A stretch of DNA of 64,000 nucleotides from Moniliella sp. 'wahieum' (GCA_003971905.1 RSEE01000006.1:620001-684000); one strand, 5' to 3'; shown: positions 13,355 through 26,172, counted from the first letter of the stretch. Program-made: numbers and translations. Notes: a model not told the origin generated them from the letters alone.

Positions 13355-14059
13355 TCAAGGCAACAGCAACCCTCCTTTGCTCTTCTGATACGTGGCGGAC
13401 AGTTGGTCGTACACGTTGTGGAGGTGTGACACGAGCGGCGAGTTGCGCATCGCCCATTTCTTCGATGGTCGGTTTGAGCAGGACGCCGGTAAACATTTTG
13501 TTTTTGCGGTTGTACAGCGGACGGTTGGGATCCACCTCGCGGCCCGGGTCAGGCACTTGGAAGACGGCTTGAAGAATGTCAATGTCGTAAGGCGTTCCGA
13601 ACGAATCCTTCGAATCATTGTAGTCAAACAGAGTGCACCACGAGCTGAATCCGCTCCAGGCGAGCGAGCTGAGGCACAGGCAACACGGCTCGTGGGTCGA
13701 CACAAAGAGGCAGTCCTTGGCCGCCGGCCGGTCGGCCGCGGGCAACGCATAGAACGCATTGATCGCAGTCACCTCCCCGTGCAACAGTGGGTTGGCTGTT
13801 TCCGTGTTGGTTGCTGCCACCACAACGGACAGATCCGACTTTTTGAGACTGGATACCAACGGAAACGGTCAGCCATCTAAGGATGCTGGATGCTCTGGCA
13901 CCAGGCAGGGCAACGAGTGGGAGAGAGAGGAGGGGGAGAAGAGAGTGCGTACACAGCAGCCCCAAATAGCTTGCATCCGGACTCGACTCCCTTCTGGGTC
14001 AAGGGAACAATGTCCTGCTCGATGACGTCGAGCACACGAGAGATCGTAGCGCGGTCCAT
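13355..14059 (-). CDS. Cytidine/deoxycytidylate deaminase-fold nucleoside deaminase, one intron (~13851-13952), frameshift near the 3' end
   Basis: MDRATISRVLDVIEQDIVPLTQKGVESGCKLFGAA..LKKSDLSVVVAATNTETANPLLHGEV (HxE) ..STHEPCCLCLS (PCxxC): the canonical Zn deaminase motifs. Confidence 0.85.
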
Positions 14060-14667
14060 GGTGTGTGGAGGTGGGCGAAGGAAGGAGGGGTGCAACTGGA
14101 CTGGAGTTGGGGTTGATGCAAATGGGCAAGTGGAGTTAAATTAGTGTGCATCTCCGGCGGCCCGGAACGAATCCCGGACGGGGCGGCAACAGGGGCGGTG
14201 AAAAAGCGGACACGATAGCCGGCCTAGGTGCCGGCTTGGCACAAGTTGCAATTTTTAGTCAATTCAACCTGATTGCGGTTATCGAATCGACTCGACTATC
14301 GCCCTAGCTTCAAGTTGGGCAAGACAGTTGTGGCCACACTGAGGATCAAGCTTTAAGCAGGCAGGCCAGGCCTAAGGCCAGACCTAAGGCCTAAGGCCGC
14401 GGCCCGAGGACTCACATCACTAGTCACTATCACTCATCTCCGAATCGCTCCGTTATCAAGTTGATACTGGCATGTTATCGATTACCGAGATTATCGGCAT
14501 CCGTTTTTCATGCACGCGACATCCCCTCACATTTCCGAGGTGGGGAAGCAAATGGTACCGAAGAGTGTGTACATAAACATCTCCCGTACCCCATCGGCTC
14601 GCTTTGCCTCCACCCGCTCCCTCCTGCAACCTCGATCCTATCGGAAACGGCGAGCACAGTTTTTGTC

Positions 14668-15758
14668 ATGGCGGCCCCTGCATCAACTCTCCCTGAGCTC
14701 CAAGCCGAAGCTGTCATGGGCGGCGAAGGCATCACGGTCCATCGTGCAGTGCCCGTGATTGACCTTAGCGAACTGGAACGCGACGCAAGGAGATTGGCGA
14801 CCAACTCTGGGCGGCCGCAACCGAGGTGGGCTTCTTTCAACTAAAAAACCATGGGATCAGCCCCAAGACGATCGATGGGGCGTTTGCCAATGCCCAACGA
14901 TTCTTCAGCCTTTCCGAAGAGACCAAGGCGCAGTATCCTCTTGCCAACAATGCCGGTTTTGAGTCACGTGGGCAAGTACGTCCGAGCACGGGAAAGACGA
15001 CCAAAAGGAATCGTTCCAAATCACTCGGCCGCGCATGCAAGGTCTCTGGCCATCGGAGGAGGAACTGCCAGGATGGAAGGAAGAGATGCTGAGTTTGAGC
15101 GGCAAAACTGGGAGCTAGCCCAGCGTGTCCTGAGTTTGTTTGAAGAGCGTCTTGGTCTTCCGCTGGGCACCATGCGTGCTGCCCACGACGCAAGCAAGAA
15201 GGAGTACCAGAGCACCTTGCGCATGCTTCACTACTTTGCCCAAACCCCGGACGACATCAAGCAGCGGTACGTCGCTGTCCACGCCCCCCCATTTTCTCCG
15301 TGCGAGATGGTTCTGACCTTTTGCGCTTGCCTCCTTTCCTTGCAGCTCCCTCGCGCCGGCCCGCACACTGACTGACTTTGACGTGTAACCTGCCTCCATC
15401 AACGGGACGGCCAGTTCGGGTTGGAAGTGGCGTCGGATTGGACTGGAAGCAGGGCAGCCCAGTGGCCTGGACGCCCGTGGAACCCGTTTCGTACCTGGTT
15501 ACCTGCAATGTGGGGGACATGCTGGCGCGTTGGTCCGATGGCAAGCTCAAGTCCACCCTGCACCGGGTTCGCAGCCCCAAGCTGGGAGAATCGCTGGACG
15601 CGCGCTACTCGCTTGTCTTTTTTGCCCAGGCCAACACAGACGTGCCGCTGGCCTGCAACTCGCAGCCCACCATCACTGCGGGCGAGTATATCCAGCAACG
15701 CGTGGCAGCCAACTATGCTGCGATCCAAGCAGCCCAGCAACAGGCGTCGAGAGCCTAG
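14668..15758 (+). CDS. 2-oxoglutarate/Fe(II)-dependent oxygenase (IPNS/DIOX_N family), intron ~15267-15345, frameshifted
   Basis: VPVIDLS, GFFQLKNHGI, QSTLRMLHYF, RAGPHTD (HxD), TCNVGDMLARWSDGKLKSTLHRV (distal His), RYSLVFF (RxS), ITAGEYIQQR. Confidence 0.9.
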
Positions 15759-17745
15759 CTTCCTACTAGTTGCGTGGGCTACATGGGGGCAGGATGCGGC
15801 TCAATCCGCCCGGCGCTGGTGGGACATCTCTTCCCGTTTGGGCGATGATCGGTCTGTGGTAGCACGTCTCAGGCATGAGCTCAGACCTCATGGACAACCG
15901 TAGACAGAAAGGGTGCGCCAAAGACGAGATGGCGATTGGAGATAACGTTTTCTTTTGTGCCAGACAATTTGGAGGGTTGGCATTGATCGTGGCCGCGAGG
16001 CCAGAATCGATGACGTGGCCAGTCGTGGCATCCACTTTCGATGGGTTACCGGTTCCGCGTTCCGCGTGATGACTGGATCACAACTATCTGGTGGTATTCG
16101 TGCAATGAAAAGCCGTAGTCGCCCGAGTATAGCAACAGAATGGTGCAACCCCCTGAAGCGGGGGCAGAGCGAGGACGCGTAGGTAGAACGAGGCAGACTT
16201 GGATGGTGGTGCGGCTGACGTAACGAGACGCTGAGCGTCTGAACGGAACGCTGGAAGGTGGAGACAAAGCTTATGCGCCCATCTGAGCGGCGCCGCAGCT
16301 TGTCCAGCATGGTTCCGACGCGGGGCCGCATGCTAGCGGGCACCCAAGCATGTGCAGCCGAGAGCGGGCCCTGGCAGCGCAGAGTGTAGCTCCCCACCCC
16401 CACTGGGCCACTGTCACCCAGTTGTTAGTTACTCGTCACTCTTCAGTACCTTCAGTGCCTCAGCGCTTCAGCGCTCAGCGCCACCACTCCCTCATCCCCG
16501 ACATGGCCCCGTCCCAGATCCCGATCCCAGATCCCACCATTGAAACGTGCAACCTGCACTAGGGTGCTGCTGCCCCCCCCCCTCACAGCGGGGCCTAGCG
16601 GGGCCTGGTGACGGAGGCGTGTGGACACTCGCGCTGTGCGGGGAGGCGGGCGGATCGGGGCAGGGCCGGGAGCAGTACCGGTGTGGGTTTGATGGATCGC
16701 AGGGGTGGGGGCCGGTGGGAACACACTGGTGGATGCGGGCGGGGGCTGCGCCTGACAGGCATCGCAGACAGACTGGCGTGTGGGCTGGGGGCTGGGCTGG
16801 GCAAGGCGCCACACTCCCACCGCAGTTGTGACGGGGCACCACACGGGGGGCGTTAGGCGTTAGGCGCCGGCCTGGGCAGCACACTGGCGCCCGGCGGGCC
16901 GTCGAAGCGGGTTGGACCAGCACAGAGGCGCGGTGCAGGGGCGGGCGCAGTGCGTGGGTGCTGCTGCTGGCAGCAAGCAGGGTATGTATATGCCGTGCGA
17001 AGGATATGTGCCGGCCAGTATTTGTCGGTGGCAGCAGCGGGTGAGACGGGACAGCACCGACGCACAACTATGCAGATTCCGACGAAGCACCGAGCAGAGT
17101 GGCGCTGTGCGGAGCACCTGCGCTCGGCTGGGCCAAGCAGCCCAGCGCAGAGCCAGCCGCGCAACGCCTCCAGTCCGGGTCTGGTGTTAAAATCCTGCCA
17201 CGCCTGCCTCCTTCTCCGCCCCCACCACCGCTTGTGAGTACGCCCCCCCCCCCTAACCCCCTGCCCCTCCCGCGGCCAAGCCGTGGTGGCGTGCCCGTCC
17301 CTGTCCCTGCCGTGGCTTGTTGTCCACGGTGCGGGCAGAGCTCGCCCAGTACTCACATCTCTCCCTCGCTGCGTATACCCCCTCGATGATCTCACGATGG
17401 GCGCAGCGCGGCCACCCCCTCTCCTCGCTGAATGCAAGTGTTCCTCTCGTGCTGACCAGCTTAAACTTGCTCTCTTCTGCCTCCTGCCGATCCACGCGCT
17501 TTGAAGACGGCTTGAAAAAGCGACGGCTCAGCGCCCCCTCTCCCCGGCCTCTCCCCTACTAATCCGTCACCTAGAAGACTTCAAGATTGATCTCCCCTTT
17601 GGGTGAACGATCTCTTGACTGGCTCGGTGTACACTCGCATCTCCCAACTTTTTCTCACCTCTCTACCGACTTCTCCCGCTCTCCTTTCTCCCCCCCACCC
17701 CCGACCACCTCCCTCCCCCTTTCCACCCCTGCAACCTATCCAACC

Positions 17746-18829
17746 ATGGCTATTGTCCCCACCCAAACCAACCTTTTTGCCGCGCCTTCCCGCCCCGCCT
17801 CATCCGGCAAGGCCCCCCGCCGTGTGAGCAGCTCGACGGCAGCAGCTGGCAACCGTAAGGCCAGCCAGGACAAGCGGGCGAACCACAATGCAATTGAACG
17901 TGCTCGCCGGGAAAGTCTCAACCAGCGCTTCTTGGTACGCTCTCCTCCCAATATATTGGATGGCGCTGTATGTGCCCCCACAATGTGTGATCACTGACCA
18001 TTTGCTTGTCTAGGTCTTGGCGTCCAAGATCCCGGCCATTTCCGAAGTGCGGCGTCCGTCCAAGTCGCTGATTGTCAATCGCTGCCTGCAATTTGTCGCA
18101 GACTCGCTCGCGCGCGAGGCACTGTACCGCAAGATGCTGATTGAACTGCACGACCGTACGCGCGTGCTGACGGAGCAGCTGAACGAATACCGTCTCGCCA
18201 ACGGTCTGCAGAACTATGTCGAGGCGGTGCCGGACTTGGTGCTGCCCGTGGCGCTGGCTGATGTGGCCAAGACAAGCCTACGGCCCGTATTGTTAGCCGT
18301 AAGGGCGCTATGAATGCCGCTGGCATCGATGACCTCGGCTTGGCGGAGGAGGAGTATGGGATGGACGACTATGACGACGCCCCTTTCTGCGCCGACGGTT
18401 TGACTGTGACATCGGACGAGCCGGCCTTCTTGCCCCACCTGCCATCTACTCGAACAAATCATCCGCATCCGTCTCGGCGCCCTTGCCAGCGCCTTACGGC
18501 GCGTTGCCTCCCCGGGCTTACGCTTCCGCCCGTCGACGATGGATATGAATGCCACCCCCTTCTTCCACCTTCCCGGGGCGGGATCAGAGATGACTGCCTC
18601 GCCAGAGAGCCAACCGGATCTGTCTGCCTCTCCTTCTACGGACTCGCACATAACTGATTCGTCCTACAGTCCTGGCGCGCTGCCTGTTCATCAGTTCGAG
18701 ATGCCGAACCAGTTTGGCAAGATGTTCCCCATGTTCAACCTGGATGCCGGGGCCGGGGGGTACGCAACGCCGACGGAGCTGACGACCGAGTTGTCCACCT
18801 TTCTCGGTGCACAGAGCTACCGTCCCTAA
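17746..18829 (+). CDS. bHLH transcription factor, intron 17935-18013, frameshifted C-terminal half
   Basis: Basic region KRANHNAIERARRESLNQRFL, a GTACGC..TAG intron, then LASKIPAISEVRRPSKSLIVNRCLQFV and a coiled-coil segment. Confidence 0.88.
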
Positions 18830-19798
18830 GTCCTAACGCGCACCCTGTGTCCCGTCTTCCTTTTCTCGTCTCCGTCCTGGCCCCACTTTGCCTTTCGGCT
18901 TTCTTGCTGTTCCGTTGCTTCTGCCTTCTGTTCTCGTTTGTCCATCGCGTCTAGCCATGCTTGCTCCCTTACGATGGACCATGGGTCACTGTCCCCCCCT
19001 CCTCGGTTTCCACCTCCTCTCTGTTCCTCACCGGACCGCTCTCTGGCTGCCCGCCACATTCGTTTTCTCTCTCCCCCATGTCCCCCACCACTGGCTACGC
19101 TGCGCGTGCCCCTCTCCACTATCTTGAATCTCCCTTTCCTTACATCCGTCTGCTTTCTCGCTAGTCTTCCTTAGGTATAGCTTTCGCATGCAAAGGAGAG
19201 GCGTCGGATGCCGAACGCGTGAGAGTGCGGTGGAATGTGAGATGTGGGATGTGGGATGGTCGATGGTATCAGGTGTGGCTCGCTAACCGAACCACCGGGT
19301 CAACGGCAATCAACGTCATCATCGAATCAGTGCCTCCCCCCCCCCCCCTCCACCCCTGCCGTATTAAGCACTAAGTGCTACTAGGCGCCCATTGCGCCCA
19401 TTGAATGGACAAGCGCTAAACCTTAGCTCTATGCGGTTCACTTTCTCTTCTCTGGGGCGATATAGTCCTTTTTTGCTCTCGACCTTATCGTTCCCTCGGC
19501 AAGCTTTCCTTTCGGTGCTCAGCTGAGCATGATGCAACGGTCGAGAGAGGAGCATTACTACCCCCGCCGGAGGCCTGACCGACCTGACCGTCACCGATCA
19601 CCCTTGGATCCACCCCGATGCTCGCTCTACACCGTGGAACGCACGAGAACGCAGAGGGCGAGGGATTCGATAACCGATAATCGATAACACCATCAGTCCC
19701 TCTGGCCCTACCGCTACCCTTTGGATGCACATGGCTTCAACTGTGCCTCGTCTCGGTACGCGTAACGCGGTCCATGTTACAACGCCATCTTGGCTCCA

Positions 19799-19824
19799 TT
19801 GAAGCTTGAAGCTTGAAGCTTCAA
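19799..19824. repeat. 7-bp-period array (TGA AGCT)x3 TCA
   Basis: ttgaagcttgaagcttgaagcttcaa. Confidence 0.9.
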
Positions 19825-20779
19825 GTGACAAGCAGCATGCTTATCATCGTGCACCTTCGGCGCAGTAGCAGCGCGCCAAACAGCTTCTTTTTCTCCCTAC
19901 GGCCACGTACAGCGTTCAAAAGGGACGTGACGTGACGGTTGGCAGTGGATCATTTGATTAATCAAAAGGGCTCAGCGCTCAAGGCTAACTTAGCAAATGT
20001 GTGCCTGCCCGAGACTAACAATGTGTGCTTCAGATGATCAGTCCTGGTAAGGTTTACTGTTACAGGGGTGCTTTGGGGTGTTTTGTGGGCGAGCCGGTGG
20101 CGGGAAAGGTGGTTTGAGAGGAATGGTTGTGTGCGTGCATGTGGGGGGCCTGTGTGGCCGGAGGCAGGCAAGACAAGGCAAAAGGCAAGGCAAGAAGAAA
20201 AGACCGTCTGATGGCTCGCATTTCCATTGCATAGAGCGCGGCCTTCTACCTACTTACGACCCTGGCGTTGACGTGCTATTGGTGATGTATTTACCATCTG
20301 TCGGCGCCTACGGACGCTATCGACACGAAAGGGTACCCTGGCTGCGCCTCATACACGAGGAGCACCTGAACATTCGGGTCAATATCAAACGCAAGACGTT
20401 GTTCCTCAGAAACGTCTCGGTCGTGCGCCAAGCTGCCCATCAGTCTTTCGCTTTCGTACATGCCCGAGCCGCATTGACATGTTGGCATTGAGCGCGCTGT
20501 GGGGGAACGGTTTTCGTTGCGGGTACGGTGCGCATTTGGACTTGGTGCACGTCCGTGTCCAAGAGAGGGAGCGGGTACGTAGCGGCTGGATCCTGTTGCA
20601 TATTGCATCTCGACCAGCTCGACGAGGGAGCATAGGACGGCGGACGTAAGCCTTCCCCCGAACCAGTTCTTGGACGCCTAGCGGAGCCAAAGCGAGCTAG
20701 CTTGGGGCTGGTTGGAAGTTGGATAGCAGGGCCCTGATGGGCCCTGGCCACTCCCCCTGTCAAAAGGATCGAATGGGGA

Positions 20780-20799
20780 TGATCGATGATCGATGATCG
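20780..20799. repeat. 7-bp-period array (TGA TCGA)n
   Basis: tgatcgatgatcgatgatcg. Confidence 0.85.
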
Positions 20800-21364
20800 G
20801 CCGATGATCCAATAGATGTGATGTATGGCGAGGCTCATCCAGCGCAGGAGACCACTCCCAGGTCTTCTGGGTCTGGGAGTCACGGTAACCGGTGACTGGC
20901 GACGTGACCAACTGGCTCTCGATCCTATCTATAGCCCTAAGGTTAGCGGCTAAGCTTGACGTTAAGGCTTAACGCTCTCCTCGACTCGAATTCATCTGAA
21001 TAGTGAATCCATATAGGGCCTAATCCCGACCTAATGCACAGCCCCCTCTGCCCGTTGCGACGCTGGTGGCTCCTCCCGCGGGAACCTGTTGGATACCCGC
21101 AGCGTTACACATCATTTACCACGTACTATGATGTCGGGCTATTATAATAACTTACTGTCCCCTGTGGCCCAATATGATTGACCCCCCGAACCGTAGCTGA
21201 AGAACGCTTAGAATTTGAACCCAAAACACCTTTGTGTCCTTCTCGCTGTAGGGTCGATTGACCTCCATCAGCCATCGGGCATGGTGGGATCGTGTCACGG
21301 ACGTGGGAGGGAACATATGGTTCGTCCCTGCGACACATGCGTTTGCAACATGTAATCCACAAGG

Positions 21365-21385
21365 GGCCTAAGGCCTAAGGCCTAA
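21365..21385. repeat. 7-bp-period array (GGCC TAA)x3
   Basis: ggcctaaggcctaaggcctaa; the same unit also occurs at 14368-14398. Confidence 0.85.
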
Positions 21386-22042
21386 CGGAGGATCAGCGCC
21401 AGCACCAAGTACTTATTAACGATGCGTGACGCCCACACGAGCTATGTGGGACTGCGAAAGATGTTGGATACCCACCCACGTCAACCGATACGGCATAGGC
21501 GAGGATCAGCGCTCAGCGCTCAGGTCCTCGCCCAACACTACGTTCCCTTGAAGGTACTTGGCCCACCATAGGAGGTAAAATGCAAGAACCAAGGCAAGTG
21601 AGCAAGCTCGTGAGGGTGAATGGCACAAGGTGGTTATAACATTCTTAGACGCATAGGGAAAAGATGAGAGGGAAGAGGGGGGCGGGGGGGGGGAGTTGTA
21701 CAGGCACAAGGGAGACAAAAAACGGTATGGTACAAACAAAAAGCTCGCAAGCACTCCCGGAAGACCAAAATCCAACATCCCAGGATCTTCTCCCCTCAAG
21801 CAGGGGGCGTCTTGGGCCCAACCTACCTAGCAAGGAAAGCGAGGAAAAGAACAGCTAGACGGGCTGGTATGCAGTTGGGAGCAAAGCATGGAGGGGGGAG
21901 CCATAGTGCATAGGTAAGTCCGTCAAAGGATGAGACAGGAAACGGGCGGGCCACGAGACAGATGCTTGAAAACAGGAAGGAGGGAACAGTGAAACACCAA
22001 GATACGTCCTTCTTCGATATGGTACAAGGAGGGGGGGGCGTG

Positions 22043-23047
22043 CTAGGTGCTGCGCAAGTCCAACTTGACCACCTTAGACACCAAAGGCCAGGCGCCTTGT
22101 TTTTGGCTGGGGGTTCCCGGGACATCACACAGGTCGGGGGACGCGGTAGAGTCGAGACTGCTGGGAGGCGAGGGATGAGCTTTGGCCATGGTCCCCCTCA
22201 GCGCCTCGGTCGATGCACTGGACCTGGACCCGAGGCTTCGCCCCGATAGCGATTCCATCGATGGACGGTACATTGGTGAGACGGGGGTGGAGGCCGAGGC
22301 CGACCAGGCGGTGGGCAAGCCACGGCGTAAGCTGATGTGCTGGACGGACACTCGTGCTGGGAAAAATCAATGACGCCCTCCCTATCGGATCCAGACCGGA
22401 GTTTGACACCCGATCGAGGCACCGCGGCGCCCCCGCCGTCAGTCCCGACGGTGCTTGGCGTGAGAAGAGAAGGGATTGCATGTCGAGGCCAGAGGAGGAC
22501 CGGTCCAGCAGGGGTTCGGGCGGGTGAGGCGGGGTGGCGGTTGCCCAGAGCGGGCCAGGAAGTGGCTCCTCGGCGATGGCCAAATACACGTGGGGGTGGG
22601 AGAAGATGAAGCGCATTCAGTTCGGAAGTGGGAACGGTGCGACGGAGTAGGGGGGAGGGTACCTTGGGGCCAAGAGAGGATAGATGATGGGGTTTGGTTT
22701 TGGATTGGCGGGGGGACGGGAAGGTAAACCCAGCGTTGATGTGGGTGGGGCCTGGGGCAGAGCCGGTGGAGCCATGAGAAGAAGAGGAGCTCGCATTGTC
22801 GTTGGCTCGAACCTGGTCTCACATGGGGTCCCCGGTGTAGGGGGCAACAGCCATCCGCTGGACAGGCTCGATCCACGGCGCATCCGACCGGAGCGACGAG
22901 GTGGTGTACCAGGGGACCCAGTCCCAGGACCCTTGGGAACGAAAATATATGCGCTGTGCAAAGACACCAGATGGCTGATCAGTACCGTGTGGAGAGAGAG
23001 GGGGGTTAGGAGACAGAGATGGGGACGCACTCGTTCCACTTGGTCAT
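22043..23047 (-). CDS. Hypothetical Ser/Pro-rich protein with an intron at 22954-23030; frameshifted
   Basis: ATG 23047 gives MTKWN; the GTGCGT..ACTGAT..CAG intron joins in frame to DAYIFVPKGPGTGSPGTPPRRSGRMRRGSSLSSGWLLPPTPGTP; downstream pieces end at VVKLDLRST* (22043). No family recognised. Confidence 0.5.
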
Positions 23048-24479
23048 GGTGCGGATCAGCACATCACTGGGAACAGTGGAGGGAGGAGCCAAGGCGGGAC
23101 TAGGCGTGAGGGATGGGGGATATGCTGGGTGAAGACGCAACAAGAGGAGGAAGGCAGGCGTGACAAGGAGGGGCGTTCGGTCCTGGTTGGGCAGGCGCGG
23201 GCGGAGTGGCATGGTGTTTGGCGCGGAATGGGGGGGGGGAAGATGGGTGTTGTAAGGGCGAAAATGACAAGGAAAGAGCCAGGTGAGGGGATAGCGCAGG
23301 GGGATGAAGACGGGGGAAAGAGGCGAAAGTAGGGATCGATGAGCGGGGACGTGGGAGCGGGGGGGGAAGAGAAAGAAGAAACGGCCACGCGCCCACGGCA
23401 GCGTGCCGCGGCGCCCACAGGAACGAAGGAAGAAAAGAACAGCCGAGCCGCAGCTGCGGTGGAGGCGAAGAAGAAGAAAACGGAGGGGCGGGAGGTGGTG
23501 GGGATCAGGAAAGCAAAGCGGGGGCGGTGCTAGCGCCGGCAGATAATGGCGATGCATGCGGGTGGGAAGAGACGCGCAGTGGCTATCGACTATCGTCGCC
23601 AGCTCGCAGGGGGTGTTTTGGCGAAGACGAGGGCACGACAGGGCAGCATCGTTGCTCAGGCTCAGGCCCCAGGGTTCGCTATCTACGCGCTACGAGATAC
23701 GGGGGACAGGGCGGGGTGGGTGGGTAAGATATAGCGCTGTCGCATCTAGCATCGCCTCCGGGGCGACCAGAGGGCTGAGTCACTAGCCACTAGTCACTGG
23801 TCACTGTAGTCATAGTCATAGTCACCTAGTCACCGACCATGCAATAGATCTGAGATCTGAGACTCCGATCTCAGCCCAGCCTCAGGCTGAGCGCTGGGAT
23901 AGACTGCACCCCTGCTAGTCTCCGACATGCTCGCCTGTCACACAGTCACTAGTCACCAGTGATGATGACTAGTGCCTGGTCATCAATGGATCGATGAACA
24001 CGCGTCACGCGTCACCTGCCCCCGGGCGTCAGGCCAGGGTGCTGTCTTGTGCTGGCGCTTGCACCCATGCATGTTGGGCTGCGCAGGCACTAGCACCAGC
24101 CTGCAGGCTGCAACAGCTCCCCCATGCACACATCTTCTGTGAGAAAGTGGAGCGTGCGTTGAGCGTGCGATTGATTGAACATTGCGTTGGGGAGTCCACT
24201 CTGCTGTGACATTTCACACTGTCACGTGCTACAGTGTCCGATTGGTACTGCCCACGCACGAGTGCCATTACCTCATCGCCACGCCACACGTCCTCCCAGA
24301 TGCCATGATGCATGCCTGCTGCGGCAGGTCACGTGGGTGGTGCATGTTCTTGAAACCGGCCGCAAGGGCTGCGTGGCTCCCCGTCGGATGCGCCGCGCCA
24401 GGACAGAGGTGCGGCGCGCCCTCCTACCACGCCCAGCCTCCGCGCCGTCCGCAGTCAGCCGTCCCCGCGCCCAGCCCCC

Positions 24480-26172
24480 ATGCCTGACCCGCCGCTCTGC
24501 TGCGCCCGGCGCAGTGTTTCCTGTGCGTACCCCCTCCCCTCCGCACCCTCCGACGCACCCCATCCCACCCATCTCATCTCCCCCCCGCCCTCTGACCCCC
24601 CCCCCCCCCCCCAGGCCGTCTATGCGCACATCGACGTCTTCGAGATCATTGTCGACGGCAACAGCGTCATGCGCCGTCAGGACGACTCGTGGGTCAACGC
24701 AACCCAGCTTCTCCGCGCCGGCGGAATCGAACGCTCGAGCCGCGCACGCATCCTTGCTCCGTACTTTGCCTCCGAAGCCACCCACCGCCGCGTCCAGGGT
24801 GGCTTTGGCAAGTTCCAGGGCACCTGGGTCCCTCTGCCGATCGCCATCCATCTTGCCGAGGAAATCCACTTTGCTGACCAGCTGAGGCCTTGCTCCAACC
24901 CAGCCCGCAGCTCGGCCAGGGTACGCAGCCGCCCTCGATCCCCCGCGGGGATGCCGACAATGAGCCACCAACACGTCGCCGCTCCCGCCCGCGCCCGCGC
25001 CCCAGCACCAGCACCAGCGTCCACCTTAATGCCATGTTGCTACCACCCCTGGTGCGGCCCGTTCCCCGCAGCCCGGGTCACGACGAGCATCGCCAACCCC
25101 CTCTTCCATTCTGCCTCACCTCTGCCCATGCCTTTGCAAATGCAAGTGCAGATGCCCATGTCGGTGCCCATGCCGGGGCACATGCCCCATCCCAACCTGC
25201 ACCTGCCGCTACCTCCTGCCATGTCCACGCCCCTGTCCCGTGCCCCTAGCTCGCACCTCTCCGTCCCCCTACTTAATATGCCCCCGTCTCGCCCCCTGCA
25301 TTGAGCCCAGGTGGTTCGCTTGTCAATTCCGCGGCGGCCCCTACCCTCACCCGCACCCGCACCCTGTCTTTCCCTCCACCAAGCCCGACTTGGCATTCGC
25401 TTCTTCTGTCCCCCACCCCCGCTCCACACCCGACTACCCTTCCTACACGGTCCAACCCGACCCCCCAGCAACAGAGTCAGCTGCGCTTCTTGCTGCGATT
25501 GTCCAGGCAGGTGAAGAAGGGGAGGGACAAGCTACCCCGTTGCCCTTGGCGGGCGACGTGACCATGCCTCTGGATGCAATGGGCAACACGGCGCTGCACT
25601 GGGCTGCCGCGTACGGACTAGCGGAGATGGTGGAGGAACTGAAGAAGCGCGGTGCGCTGATCAACCAGCGCAACGCCCAGGGCCAAACCGCATTGATGTT
25701 GGTGTGCAGGACAGCGTACGCTCGTCAACGCGACACGTTTCCTGCGTTGTTCCTTGGTTTGGCCCAGTGGGCTGCGTCGGACACGCGTTTCGCCCTGGCC
25801 TGGGCCTACGACCAAGACGGCAACACGCTCTTGCACCACATTGCGCTTCTGGCCGGCACCCAACCCGCCGTGGCAGGCGCCTACCTCCGCCCCTTGCTGG
25901 CAGCACTCAAGCAAGATGCGCTAGCCTCCACAGGGCAGCATGTCAAGCAACTTCTCGACTATCAAAATGCCCAGGGACAGACCGCACTGCTGATTGTCGC
26001 CCAGCACCAACAATGGCAGCTTGCCACCAGCCTGGTCGAAGCGGGCGCCAGCACTACCTTGCCAGACTTGTATGGCCTCATGCCCGCCACGCTCCTGCCC
26101 GCGCAGGAGGAGGACCTGTCGGTGCTGGCTCCGCCTCCCCCGCTGGCACCTGTAAAGGCAGGACCTGCCTAA
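24480..26172 (+). CDS. APSES (KilA-N) DNA-binding domain + ankyrin repeats, Mbp1/Swi4/Res1-like cell-cycle transcription factor
   Basis: AVYAHIDVFEIIVDGNSVMRRQDDSWVNATQLLRAGG..RRVQGGFGKFQGTWVPL (APSES); LDAMGNTALHWAAAYG, NAQGQTALM, DQDGNTLLHHIA, QNAQGQTALLIVA (ankyrin). One frameshift near 25250-25300; probable early intron ~24527-24614. Confidence 0.88.

Noticed and set aside
15364..15385. In-frame TGA right after HTD in the 2OG oxygenase, as readthrough or selenocysteine
   Set aside because: The context actgactgactttgac looks like a 4-bp duplication of HTD-FD and is consistent with the general indel noise.
16782..16801. G-quadruplex motif GGGCTGGGGGCTGGGCTGGG upstream of the bHLH gene
   Set aside because: Such motifs are expected often in sequence this G/C-run-rich, and nothing else supports a function.
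19799..19824. Heat-shock element (GAAnnTTC in GAAGCTTC)
   Set aside because: An HSE needs alternating 5-bp nGAAn units; these arrays have 7-bp period and fit the TNA-N4 family better.
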